Below, piece by piece: positions 47,101-55,929 of a DNA stretch of 64,000 nt. The stretch lies in the IMG/VR virus record IMGVR_UViG_3300028829_006673; one strand, given 5' to 3'. The notes beneath the pieces are model-generated. The model saw only the letters and a list, made by a program, of their open reading frames with translations. It had not been told where the DNA came from and made no database searches. Position 1 is the stretch's first letter. Each line of letters begins with the position of its first letter. Both the position numbers and the translations under genes were made by a program. The DNA comes from a virus.

Positions 47101-50100
47101 TTTCATTATAATTTCCCACTGTCTACCACCTTTGCGAGATTTGATTGTTTTGGTACTTCCGATTATGGCTATCAAAATGTTGTTGCGAATACAGTAACTA
47201 CACTCTTTGATAGTGTTGTGCCTGTGGTAACTACCGCTACCTTCTTGGGTAGTTATGGTGATATGACAGATTATATTTTACAATTCCGTGTTGCTGGTCA
47301 TGATACAGGAAGTGGGCTTCGCAAGGTCAGAGTAAGTATTCCGACCACGTCGGATGTTGTCTATGCGATGCCTTTGACAAATATTATGGATGAAGTAATC
47401 AATGTTCGTGTTCCTGGAACATTTGCTGGGAATATGGTTTCACCTACAATATATCTTGAAGACTTATTAGGAAATCAGTCAGTTGGAAATACAATACCAA
47501 ATATTTTCTTAGATGGTTCAGGACCAACAATTGCCAATTTGGTTGTCAATTTTAATAAAACTTATCCTTCAAGTTCATTTCCAGTTCCACCAATTGGATC
47601 AAATACAAAGTTTATTGATGTTTCTTGGGATGCTTCAGATTTTTCAGAAATCACACATTATTATTATTCAAGAAATGTAACTGAACCATTTAATCATCTT
47701 ACATGGAAGCCAGTAACTCCAAATCGTAAAAGAGTTGATGTAACTGAAACGATCAATCTAGACACTATTGGTATACCAGAAGGTTTAGGTGGATTTTTTG
47801 TTCACACTAAAGATCGATTTGATAATATAAGTACTGCTGGTGTATCTTTTGAATACGATAAAACACCACCTACAATCAATACATCATTTTTAAATCGTAT
47901 TGAAAGAGCCAATATTGCTGGTATAGATCACTTTGTAGTACCTTATCAAGTAACCTATAATGATAATTATTCTTCAATTGTAAAGAGAGTTGATCGGCAT
48001 CAAATTGGAGGAGTTTGGTCATCTGCTAATGTTGTCAATTTTAATCCAGATGTAATTACAAATACAAGTATTGAAAGATATGCTATACCTGTTGATTATC
48101 ATGGGTTTACAACGATTAATACAGCAGTCATGGACCGCTTTGAAAATCTATCAGCAAGTGACAGTTTTCAAGTATTCTTAGAAAACCAGCCACCTGTAAT
48201 CAATTATACAACATTAAATGCTGGTGCTGCTTATACTACAAATAAAAATGTTCTTCTTCGTGTTGATATGTTAGATGACCGTGGTGTGACTGAATATCAC
48301 GTATCAAATACAGCAAATGTATTTTGGGATTCACCTGGCTGGGCAACAATTCCTTTGTCTCCAGCAACATCAATCACATCTACATTTAGCATTGATTTAG
48401 AAGCAATTGGATTTGACCAAGGAACTTGTAATGTGTATACACATATTAAAGATTTCTGTCAAAATATTTCAAACAATATTTCAACAATCATTTATGATTA
48501 TGAACCACCTGAAGTAGTCAGTTTTAAAATTGAAAAGTTTGTAAGAACACCTTCAACTTTTGATATTACTCTCAACGCAATTTGTTATGATGTTACTTCA
48601 GGACTTCACGATTATTATATTTCTCAGAGTAGCATTGAAACAACTTTCAATCCAGTACCAGGAGCACCTGTTATTGGTAATTCAGTGAATACTACAACTT
48701 TCAGTGAAATACAACAAGTTTCTGTTCGTGATTCAGGTTGGAAATTTTTCTACTTTGAAGCTCATGATGCTGCAGGAAATCTTTCGCTAAAAGCAAATAC
48801 AAAAATGTACATTGATACGTTAGCACCGATTGCGAGTGTATTTGAACCAATTGATGGACCAACAAAATATTATCTATCACCAGCAAATTCAACATTTAGC
48901 TATCAAGTAGCAGATGATTTTGCCTTAGCCGGTCTTGGTTGGCAATTTGATGGTGCTCCACCAACTATGTTTGCTTCATATCCTGCGCCAATCGGTTTGA
49001 ATCCAGGAACACTTACTGATGTTGGAACATTTAATGCTGTAAATCTTAACACATTGACCGATGGTGAACATACAATTTACTTAGTAATTGTTGATCAAAT
49101 GAGTAATCGTGTTGCAGTTCCTTATGATTTCTATTTTGATGGTACTGCTCCTACAATTAATCGTTTTGAAATTATTGAAACAATTGCTACTTCAACACCA
49201 GGTACTGACTTCAAGGTAGAATTTGTTGTTGACATTGAAGATTATGCTGGCATTTCTCATTATAATATTCTTGACAATGGTATTTTAGCAGCAACTGTTC
49301 CTGTCAATAAAAAAGACCTAGACGCAACACCGACAATTGATGTCTCACTCACCACTCTTTTCCCACCTTCGGGAATGGATATGCAGTATATGGTGTTAGA
49401 AGACATGTATGGTTTGAAGAGAACAGATTGTCTTGTAATTGTTCATGGTTATGATGGCTCAGCCTCATCTCAAGATAAGATTGTTGCTTTAGCAAGTGCT
49501 AAGTCTGGTGTGCCAATTTCAAAGCTAACATTCACGCATTTAGGACAATCAACAGGGATTGCTGACCCAACTGATATTAATTACTGGCATCGTGATTCAG
49601 TAAAACATCGGGCTGGAACTCATACACTTCAATCTCAAATTACGAGTTGGGATCCTGCTGCTATAACAGTTCCAACACCTTATGATATTATTCAAATTGA
49701 TTCCGTTCTCGATGAACACACTGAGAGTGAGTTTGCTGTATACTTAAGAAATCATCCAACAACTACAATATTTACAGATCCAATCAACACAACAAATGAA
49801 TGGAGTAATGTCTTTCTTTCTCCAATGTATGCAAATGCTTCGTCAACTTCTGAAGTTCATGTCTTCACACTCCAAGCTTTTGATTACGCTGGTAATATGC
49901 AAGAGCAAGAAATACATCAATTATTTCATGATGGAACGGCTCTTACAATTAACAATTATCTTGTGAGTGGCTTACCATCAGTTCTTCGCAACTCATACAC
50001 ATCTGAAATATTTACAGCAAACCTTGAATCACCTGTTAAGATTATTCAAACTGCTTTGACAATTCAAGATAGTAGTGTTGTTGACTTTTACAGTCCGTTC

Positions 50101-50367
50101 TGGGAAGATATAGCAACACCGTCACAAATTATTTTGTTTACAGATACAAAATCAATCAATCAATTTGCTTTGACAGATACTTCACCAAACAATAAAGTTT
50201 ATCTTCATGTCAAAGATGCCTGTGGACATATGACTTCAAGTGTTGTTGATGTAAATGTTGCTGTGAATAATCCTGCGGTCAAGAATGTTTCTTCTCCAAT
50301 TAATTTAACGAGAGAGGGTCATTATTATGTGGGAACAATTACTTTTGATGTAGAAACAAAACCATAA
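44158..50367 (+). CDS. Giant Ig-like repeat protein (2069 aa, roughly 18-20 units; part 1 of chain B); ends mid-domain
   Basis: ~100-aa repeats DxxPP.I..F...D..GI..Y....W........V.D.FGNxS throughout; stops at TITFDVETKP. Confidence 0.85.
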   Translation: MAIIGSLSLNNTVVLNTAPLTYQVWLNLVCSSTTTEITSLDVYNDGILADTINIPVTTPPTTILGNAVTPHLVGVTASATGWHTYEVNVKNSSLESRRFSVTVYLDLSSPIVNDFSIKQISKSGGDYIIEFDMDIDDDSGISKIILHNDTNGDSSVQTIPVGLTNFVGSQSIRMPNIPFNNNTTKNFYIEVHDYSGNSVDSALLPIYFTDLPPSINSFNITSISQTATHYQIDTQIVASFTALQQLTQYSVTFENPAADWETLISAVSPTTINKTLFVPKTEPAGVKTLTAYVQDNYLNQSSAATVSFDLDKLQPLGNINMDFAEKIGSNYYANLHFTATDAGKIAAYSYSLVGASALTTWNSVTPTTNFSLKKTLNLGSSGSSMIYVKYRDFSGNESPVYQEFMEIDTSPPSCSFSFSHGKQRPDLDYEAYFDLIGQDMNPGGAIKFIRFFGENANTGNLVSGHSNSWVQVTETQNLIEQRPLLIPQTEHEDPIDFYYQVRDRFGNESTPVNVQRVQFDKTSPSINTFSYVDVTKGATDYRVFTEFEAVDNFGIAAFRYAFDNITLAPWIATTSTTHLIQQIYLDVPVTDLNVPKTFIVQVRDAFGNESLDSILPVNVNDVPPSGSISFAGGALTATDYIMTFQLDAMDPDPTDNVYWYSLEVDDVTIINWKPFTNANSVVSETVNLLLPRTSTGRHDFYVRYADKYKNESPVYNIQYDLDAISTVGGLDLVNVEKTGPSYTANVALFAVDNRKVQSYIIEESVTATPTEYAIVPPVQIFDENVLIPIGSTAGSRWVKVQYKDNFDNLSNTYQIDFDLDTTSPNANIYFASSTSNLTHMFFNFDLNMTDNHQLYEYKFWSSEVIEPTDWTRIPRANTVSINTTFSIPKGTTNPGFFWKVKDFFGNEFYDSEIKTITTMPPSSKMEISSIVYNLGGINVGVDYELLAYPGSAVDKFLIDVNMGMDSFEIDVSPNQVNPTGTFHYNFPLSTTFARFDCFGTSDYGYQNVVANTVTTLFDSVVPVVTTATFLGSYGDMTDYILQFRVAGHDTGSGLRKVRVSIPTTSDVVYAMPLTNIMDEVINVRVPGTFAGNMVSPTIYLEDLLGNQSVGNTIPNIFLDGSGPTIANLVVNFNKTYPSSSFPVPPIGSNTKFIDVSWDASDFSEITHYYYSRNVTEPFNHLTWKPVTPNRKRVDVTETINLDTIGIPEGLGGFFVHTKDRFDNISTAGVSFEYDKTPPTINTSFLNRIERANIAGIDHFVVPYQVTYNDNYSSIVKRVDRHQIGGVWSSANVVNFNPDVITNTSIERYAIPVDYHGFTTINTAVMDRFENLSASDSFQVFLENQPPVINYTTLNAGAAYTTNKNVLLRVDMLDDRGVTEYHVSNTANVFWDSPGWATIPLSPATSITSTFSIDLEAIGFDQGTCNVYTHIKDFCQNISNNISTIIYDYEPPEVVSFKIEKFVRTPSTFDITLNAICYDVTSGLHDYYISQSSIETTFNPVPGAPVIGNSVNTTTFSEIQQVSVRDSGWKFFYFEAHDAAGNLSLKANTKMYIDTLAPIASVFEPIDGPTKYYLSPANSTFSYQVADDFALAGLGWQFDGAPPTMFASYPAPIGLNPGTLTDVGTFNAVNLNTLTDGEHTIYLVIVDQMSNRVAVPYDFYFDGTAPTINRFEIIETIATSTPGTDFKVEFVVDIEDYAGISHYNILDNGILAATVPVNKKDLDATPTIDVSLTTLFPPSGMDMQYMVLEDMYGLKRTDCLVIVHGYDGSASSQDKIVALASAKSGVPISKLTFTHLGQSTGIADPTDINYWHRDSVKHRAGTHTLQSQITSWDPAAITVPTPYDIIQIDSVLDEHTESEFAVYLRNHPTTTIFTDPINTTNEWSNVFLSPMYANASSTSEVHVFTLQAFDYAGNMQEQEIHQLFHDGTALTINNYLVSGLPSVLRNSYTSEIFTANLESPVKIIQTALTIQDSSVVDFYSPFWEDIATPSQIILFTDTKSINQFALTDTSPNNKVYLHVKDACGHMTSSVVDVNVAVNNPAVKNVSSPINLTREGHYYVGTITFDVETKP

Positions 50368-50384
50368 GGAATAAGGAATAAAGA

Positions 50385-52115
50385 ATGGCAGCACCAAATA
50401 TTGTTAACATTCATTTTTACTATAGTGGTGGTTCTGCTCTAGATAAAAATGGATTACTTGATGATGTTACTCCAACTTATCAAGCTCCGTACGATCCTGC
50501 TAAAGCTGCGATCTTTTTACTTGAATTCGACACAGCGTTAGATGATACAGCAATTAATGCCTTGACGGGTTCTACACCGCCTATTGGTATTTTAGATGAC
50601 ACTCAAGTAAATCTCACCGGCTCATCTTTCATGACTGCTGTTTCTGGAGCAGGTTATGGTATGAACTGGTGGAAACATTATGATGACGTACATAATTTTA
50701 CGCCATCTAGTTCTGGAGCTTTTAGTGGTTCAGGGCCTATAAATTCAGCGCTTAACTCTAATCTTTCAGGTTCAGTTCCAATGAACCACTGTATGTATGT
50801 TGCGGTTCCTGCGGGCATACTCACAGCAGGTCATCGATATTTGATTTGGTATATAGGAGACTATATTACGGCTGGAGGAACAATGATGACTCGGCACTCA
50901 GGTGCTGGGGCGCCTCTAAGTGCTAGAACGTCAGCAGGTCCAGGTCACACAGAATTGCGTCTAAAAATGATGGCAGGTGTTGACGCCACAGCACCTACAA
51001 TAGTCTCATTTACACCAGCAAATGCTGCTACAAATGTGCCTGTAAATACACCGATTACAATTACTTTTGACGAAGAACTTGATCCTGCGACAACAACAGG
51101 AAATTGGACACCTTACCCCGAAAGCATTACATATTCTTCAAAAGTAATTACGGTCACTCCATCAAGTCCTCTTCCGGGAACAACAACGATTAATGTTACA
51201 GCGCCTGCTGGTATTACAGACACATCAGGAAACGCTTTAATTTTACCAGTAACTTGGTCATTTACGACTGCAGCACCACCAGACACTCGAGTTCCAATTG
51301 AAGCATATGCTTATGGATTCAGTATTGATCCTGATCAATTCAAATCAATTCCTCTTACAAAAAGTGGATCAATTGATATAGATTTTAAAATCCCTGCTGA
51401 TGATATTGATGGTTCAAAAATTATGTATTTGAGATTGAGAGATGAAAATGGTTTGATTTCACCAAACTATCGTATTTCTCTTCGTGTAAATGATGTTGAA
51501 TTTAAAACATTCGAAATTGATTCAGATCCATATCTAATTGGTTCTGTAAACAATGTTGATGTTCGTTTTGATATTGATGATACTGATGTTTCTGGATTTC
51601 AATATGGTTACCTAGTTGATGATTCTTCTGAACCGACAACCTGGGCATCACCTGTAATCACTACGAATTCGATTAATGAATACTTGTTTAATTTCAACTT
51701 AGATGTTTCTGCTCTCATAGCCGGTGAGCATGAACTTTATGTTTGGGTAAAAACAAAGGAAGGTGAAAAGCGATTTCGAAAGATTAATTTTGTAAGTGAA
51801 CCTGCGATTGCTCCTCCTTATGGCACATTAGGAATCAAGCGTTCAGTGATTGAAGATGGTAAGAAAAAGGTTTGGGTAGAAGCAAATGTCTTTGATGATG
51901 GTGTTGGTGTTAAAGAATTGAGTTTAGAAGATACTGCCTATCCAGACAATTTAGTTAATATAAATATAATACAAAATAAAAGATATTTAAAGATATTTGA
52001 ATATGACGCCCTTGATAATAGTTTAAGAACTTATAAATTAATTCTTGTTGACGCCATTGGAACTTATAATGCGACTCCGATCACAACCACAGTGGATTTA
52101 TCAAGTGTATTCTGA
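50385..52115 (+). CDS. Protein with unknown N-terminal domain, SbsA/Big_5-like Ig domain and C-terminal repeats of the chain B family
   Basis: DATAPTIVSFTPANAATNVPVNTPITITFDEELDP...WSFTT (Big_5-like); the last ~275 aa continue the repeat family of 44158..50367. Confidence 0.8.
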   Translation: MAAPNIVNIHFYYSGGSALDKNGLLDDVTPTYQAPYDPAKAAIFLLEFDTALDDTAINALTGSTPPIGILDDTQVNLTGSSFMTAVSGAGYGMNWWKHYDDVHNFTPSSSGAFSGSGPINSALNSNLSGSVPMNHCMYVAVPAGILTAGHRYLIWYIGDYITAGGTMMTRHSGAGAPLSARTSAGPGHTELRLKMMAGVDATAPTIVSFTPANAATNVPVNTPITITFDEELDPATTTGNWTPYPESITYSSKVITVTPSSPLPGTTTINVTAPAGITDTSGNALILPVTWSFTTAAPPDTRVPIEAYAYGFSIDPDQFKSIPLTKSGSIDIDFKIPADDIDGSKIMYLRLRDENGLISPNYRISLRVNDVEFKTFEIDSDPYLIGSVNNVDVRFDIDDTDVSGFQYGYLVDDSSEPTTWASPVITTNSINEYLFNFNLDVSALIAGEHELYVWVKTKEGEKRFRKINFVSEPAIAPPYGTLGIKRSVIEDGKKKVWVEANVFDDGVGVKELSLEDTAYPDNLVNINIIQNKRYLKIFEYDALDNSLRTYKLILVDAIGTYNATPITTTVDLSSVF

Positions 52116-52308
52116 TCATTATAAAAGAGACCGGCTAACACAAGCAATTGTTGCGACAAATAAAGAAGACATAAATAATCATAGACTTAATATTTGTCAA
52201 AGAAATAAACTAAAAAATATACTGCAAAATCAAGAGAATGAACTCTATTCTCTTCGGCATGAACTCGAAGAAGTGAAAAAGATTTTATCTCATTTAATAT
52301 CCAAATAA
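52105..52308 (+). CDS. Small coiled-coil protein typical of T4-like fibre clusters (GTG start preferred over ATG 52045)
   Basis: YKRDRLTQAIVATN...ELYSLRHELEEVKKILSHLI matches the xxRDxxTGAIIN...EIxELKxLL pattern; the upstream 20 codons overlap the previous gene. Confidence 0.65.
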   Translation: MYSDHYKRDRLTQAIVATNKEDINNHRLNICQRNKLKNILQNQENELYSLRHELEEVKKILSHLISK

Positions 52309-52322
52309 TTTAGGAAAGACGA

Positions 52323-55300
52323 ATGGCACTTATTAAAAGAATCGTAACCGGTCAAACTTTTGGTAACTGGCTTGATACCACAAACAAACTGATTGATGAT
52401 ATTAATGCTTCTACAGCAAATCGGGGACCTAATAAGTTAGTTCGTTACGATAACGCTGGAAGCTTACAAATTAAAGACATTCAAGCAAATAGCTTTTTTC
52501 TTGATATGTCAACATCTTCAGTTCGTATCGATACTATTGCTGATGACTTTACAAATTCAGGGTATGAGAAAGATAATGTTCTTTTCACTGCTAAAGCAAC
52601 ATACGAAGCAATCAAAGCCGAAGCAAAGAATATTATTAAAAATGCTTCTGGTCATGCAACTGCCTCAGAATTTGTTGAAGTAAATGGAGCACCAAGCTCA
52701 CTGGTTTCAAATGTTTCTTTTACGCTTGACAATACTCAAGTAATTGAAGTTCTAAAAGATAAAACAACATTCAAGCAAGATGTAGAAATCACAGGTGACT
52801 TATCAGTTCTTGGAGATTCAACAGAATTCAATACACAAACATTGACTGTCACTGATAATAATATTGTTTTGAACAAGGGTGGATCAACATTCACTGCTGA
52901 AAATGGTGGTTTTGATATCTTTAAAACAAATGCTCATTTCCGTCTTGTCAATAGTGGTAATCGTTTTCCTTATGATACAAGCGGTTCTGATAATAACTTA
53001 GTACTAAAACTCAATATTGCCGGTCAAAGAAGAAATTTCTATTTTGATAGACCTATAGATGCTACAATTGGTGCTATGGGAAGTTCTACACTTTCAGAAA
53101 AACATTTCTACAATACAGAATTACAATTAGCTGATCAAGAAGTACGAAATATCAATATCAATACAAAAGATGCTCTTATAGTTGAGTATTCGTTTGTTTC
53201 TACAGAACCAATCTCAAATGCGGTACCTTTTGCAATTGGTACATCTGCGGGTGCTGGAAGGGAAGGGAATGTTCTTCAGCCAAATCCTGGTAATTATGAC
53301 AGTACAGCAAATTCAGTAATCACTTATCAAATTGGTTCAACTTTTTATGAATCATACGAAGCTTATAAAACTGCTTTCTTAGAGACTCCAATCAATAGCA
53401 CAGACAAAGTAAAAATTACTTTTAAACCAGATCAAGAAACATCTTATTATCTCTGGGCTGGTTCAATTCCTGCTGTTTCCTATGAGGGTCAAACTACTAC
53501 TACATCATCAAGGCAGTTTTCTTCAGATATTCTAATTGATGGGGTAGCAGATAGTTCGAGAAATAACCTGTCAAATTATGATTATAAAGTAGTTCTTGGT
53601 GATACAGTTAAGCTTACAATTGATTTGTTTACCAGTGCTGACAAAAGCCCTGTTTACATTTCGACAAAACCTTTTAACTGGTTGGAGACAGTTGCTGGAC
53701 ATTCTGAGTATCGAGCAAATGATGAATATGTATTGATTGATGGTCATCCTATGGCTGGTGCTGTTACATATGAAGTTTATGATGCTGGTGCGGGTTTAGT
53801 AAACACTTATACTGACAAAGTTAACTATGAATCAGCAGTGAGCGCTGCAGCGGCCACTAGTGGATCGATGGCAAATGTAATTTTCAATCCAACCGACCTT
53901 ACTTTTGCAGATACATTTAACTTTTATTACTGGAACACAGCAAATAATCATGTAGGAGTACTTCCAACAAAAAATAATTTTGGTGGTGAGATTCAAGTAA
54001 GTGCGAATAATACGGGTATGGGTGGTGAGATTGAAACAACATATCCAATGGGTCTTTATTTTGAAAAAGAGATTACTCCAAGTTCAGCAACAACTTTAAA
54101 ATTTGCTGGTGTAGAGTCTGATGTCTTTAAAATGGATGCCGGTTCTACACTCAAGCTTACAAATGGTATGACTGAAGCATTTTGGGTAGCTTCCAATACA
54201 GTCCCTGCCGTCCCGTTAGATTATATGGATGGTGTTACATATGAAATTGACGGTGAAATTTATAAAGATTACGCATCCTTTGCGTTAGACTATGCTACCT
54301 TATCACCTGTAAATGCAAACGTCATTTTTACACCTCTTACAGCAGGTGTGTACAGTTATCAATCGACTACAGTAACTAATGATCATGTCGGTAGAATTGA
54401 AGTTTCTTCAGCAAAAGATCGAAGTCTTAGTGCATTTGAATTAACTACTGATACTAAAGAAGCTACCTTTGAAAATCCAAGAGCATTCAAAGTTACAAAG
54501 AATCACAATCCTGTAATGACTTTGGATGGAAGTATTGCTGACTTTAGAGGAACTAAAAATGGTCTTCTTCTACCAGCAGATGCTCTTGCTGGTGGCGGTT
54601 CTGACGGTCTTATTCGTTATAACCCAGGTGTTCAACTCTTTGAAGGATTCACACAAGGTACCTGGAGAGGTCTTGGTGGTGTAATTGATTTAGATCAAGA
54701 TACTGAAATCAAAACTGGTGATGATGATAATACAATATATCATTATGCTCAAAGCAATACAGTAATGCGAGCATCATCAAGTAATACAATAATCAAATCT
54801 TTCCATAAAATAGACGCCGTTGGAAATGAAGGTGTAATTTCGATCGATTCAAATGATTTAAGACCTGGTCTTTTCAGTATAAATGTTGATGGTGTAAGAG
54901 ACTATTCCGGAACAAAAATTACAGGAGTTTCTGAACTTCAGATAAATCCTGATGGTTTAGATATTAATTCAACTGGTTATTTAAAAATACCTGTTGGTGA
55001 TGTCACGACAAATCGTCCTCATGATCCAAAAAAAGGAATGCTTCGTTATGCTGAAGCTAGTGTTCAAATCACAACATTTGATTCCTCCGGAAATCCCACC
55101 GCTCCAGCATTAGCAGATAGTCTTGAAATGTGGAATGCAGATGAATCAGCTTGGCAATCTTTAACAACAACTGAATCAGAATTTGTTCAGCAGGCAACTG
55201 GACCTACTTATGGAGATTCATTTACTTTTATGAATTGTCTAACTGCATGGCAAAGACAAGAAATAGATGTATATATTAACGGTCTTCGTGTAACAAAAGC

Positions 55301-55913
55301 AGACTACGATTTAACGAGTTCAGGCGCCTCTCCTAATGTTACGAATGTACTTGATTTTGGATCAAATCGCAGCGATGGACAAACATGTGTAGTTGTAGTT
55401 AAGCAAGGAAGAAAACTTGGTGTAACACAAATTGATGCTGTTCAAAGAACCGAATTACTAGCTGGTTTACCTAACTTGAAAGTTTCTGGTCAATTAGATG
55501 TGACAAGCACAACAAAATCTACAGGAACCAGTTCCGGTGCTTTAGTTGTAGCGGGTGGTTTAGGTGTTCAAGGTTCAGTCTTTGCTGGATCCATTACTGA
55601 AACTTCATCAATAGCACTTAAAGAAAATATAAAGCCTATTGATTCTGCTCTTGATAAAGTTACAAAACTAAATGGTGTTGAATTTAACTGGAAAGATAAA
55701 TCAAAACCAGATAGAGAATACGGACTGATTGCTGAAGAAGTGATGAAGGTCACACCTTTCTTAGTTTCTTCATCTTCTCCTGATAAAGTAGAGGGTGTTA
55801 AATATAGCAAAGTAGTAGCCTTATTAGTTGAGGCAGTTAAGCAACAGCAAGAACAAATTAATGAACTAAAGTCTCAACTCCCTAAAAAAAGAGTTCGTAA
55901 AACAAAATCTTAA
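52323..55913 (+). CDS. Tail fibre with C-terminal peptidase S74 chaperone
   Basis: N-terminal QTFGNWLDTTNKLI; ITGDLSVLGDST..NT.TL.VTDNNI; GLIRYN....LFEG...TWRGLGGVIDLDQDT; GALVVAGGLGV; TSSIALKENI...EYGLIAEEV...KYSKVVALLVEAVK. Confidence 0.9.
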   Translation: MALIKRIVTGQTFGNWLDTTNKLIDDINASTANRGPNKLVRYDNAGSLQIKDIQANSFFLDMSTSSVRIDTIADDFTNSGYEKDNVLFTAKATYEAIKAEAKNIIKNASGHATASEFVEVNGAPSSLVSNVSFTLDNTQVIEVLKDKTTFKQDVEITGDLSVLGDSTEFNTQTLTVTDNNIVLNKGGSTFTAENGGFDIFKTNAHFRLVNSGNRFPYDTSGSDNNLVLKLNIAGQRRNFYFDRPIDATIGAMGSSTLSEKHFYNTELQLADQEVRNININTKDALIVEYSFVSTEPISNAVPFAIGTSAGAGREGNVLQPNPGNYDSTANSVITYQIGSTFYESYEAYKTAFLETPINSTDKVKITFKPDQETSYYLWAGSIPAVSYEGQTTTTSSRQFSSDILIDGVADSSRNNLSNYDYKVVLGDTVKLTIDLFTSADKSPVYISTKPFNWLETVAGHSEYRANDEYVLIDGHPMAGAVTYEVYDAGAGLVNTYTDKVNYESAVSAAAATSGSMANVIFNPTDLTFADTFNFYYWNTANNHVGVLPTKNNFGGEIQVSANNTGMGGEIETTYPMGLYFEKEITPSSATTLKFAGVESDVFKMDAGSTLKLTNGMTEAFWVASNTVPAVPLDYMDGVTYEIDGEIYKDYASFALDYATLSPVNANVIFTPLTAGVYSYQSTTVTNDHVGRIEVSSAKDRSLSAFELTTDTKEATFENPRAFKVTKNHNPVMTLDGSIADFRGTKNGLLLPADALAGGGSDGLIRYNPGVQLFEGFTQGTWRGLGGVIDLDQDTEIKTGDDDNTIYHYAQSNTVMRASSSNTIIKSFHKIDAVGNEGVISIDSNDLRPGLFSINVDGVRDYSGTKITGVSELQINPDGLDINSTGYLKIPVGDVTTNRPHDPKKGMLRYAEASVQITTFDSSGNPTAPALADSLEMWNADESAWQSLTTTESEFVQQATGPTYGDSFTFMNCLTAWQRQEIDVYINGLRVTKADYDLTSSGASPNVTNVLDFGSNRSDGQTCVVVVKQGRKLGVTQIDAVQRTELLAGLPNLKVSGQLDVTSTTKSTGTSSGALVVAGGLGVQGSVFAGSITETSSIALKENIKPIDSALDKVTKLNGVEFNWKDKSKPDREYGLIAEEVMKVTPFLVSSSSPDKVEGVKYSKVVALLVEAVKQQQEQINELKSQLPKKRVRKTKS

Positions 55914-55929
55914 TTAGTAGGATAAAAAA

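Noticed and set aside
52045-52104. ATG start at 52045 for the small coiled-coil ORF
   Set aside because: Would overlap the upstream gene by 71 nt with shadow-like residues; GTG 52105 with an upstream GGA fits better.
33700-52115. Stop-codon reassignment or simple readthrough joining the adhesin ORFs
   Set aside because: Consecutive ORFs are in different frames, and all core genes are full length under code 11, ending in TAA/TGA/TAG.
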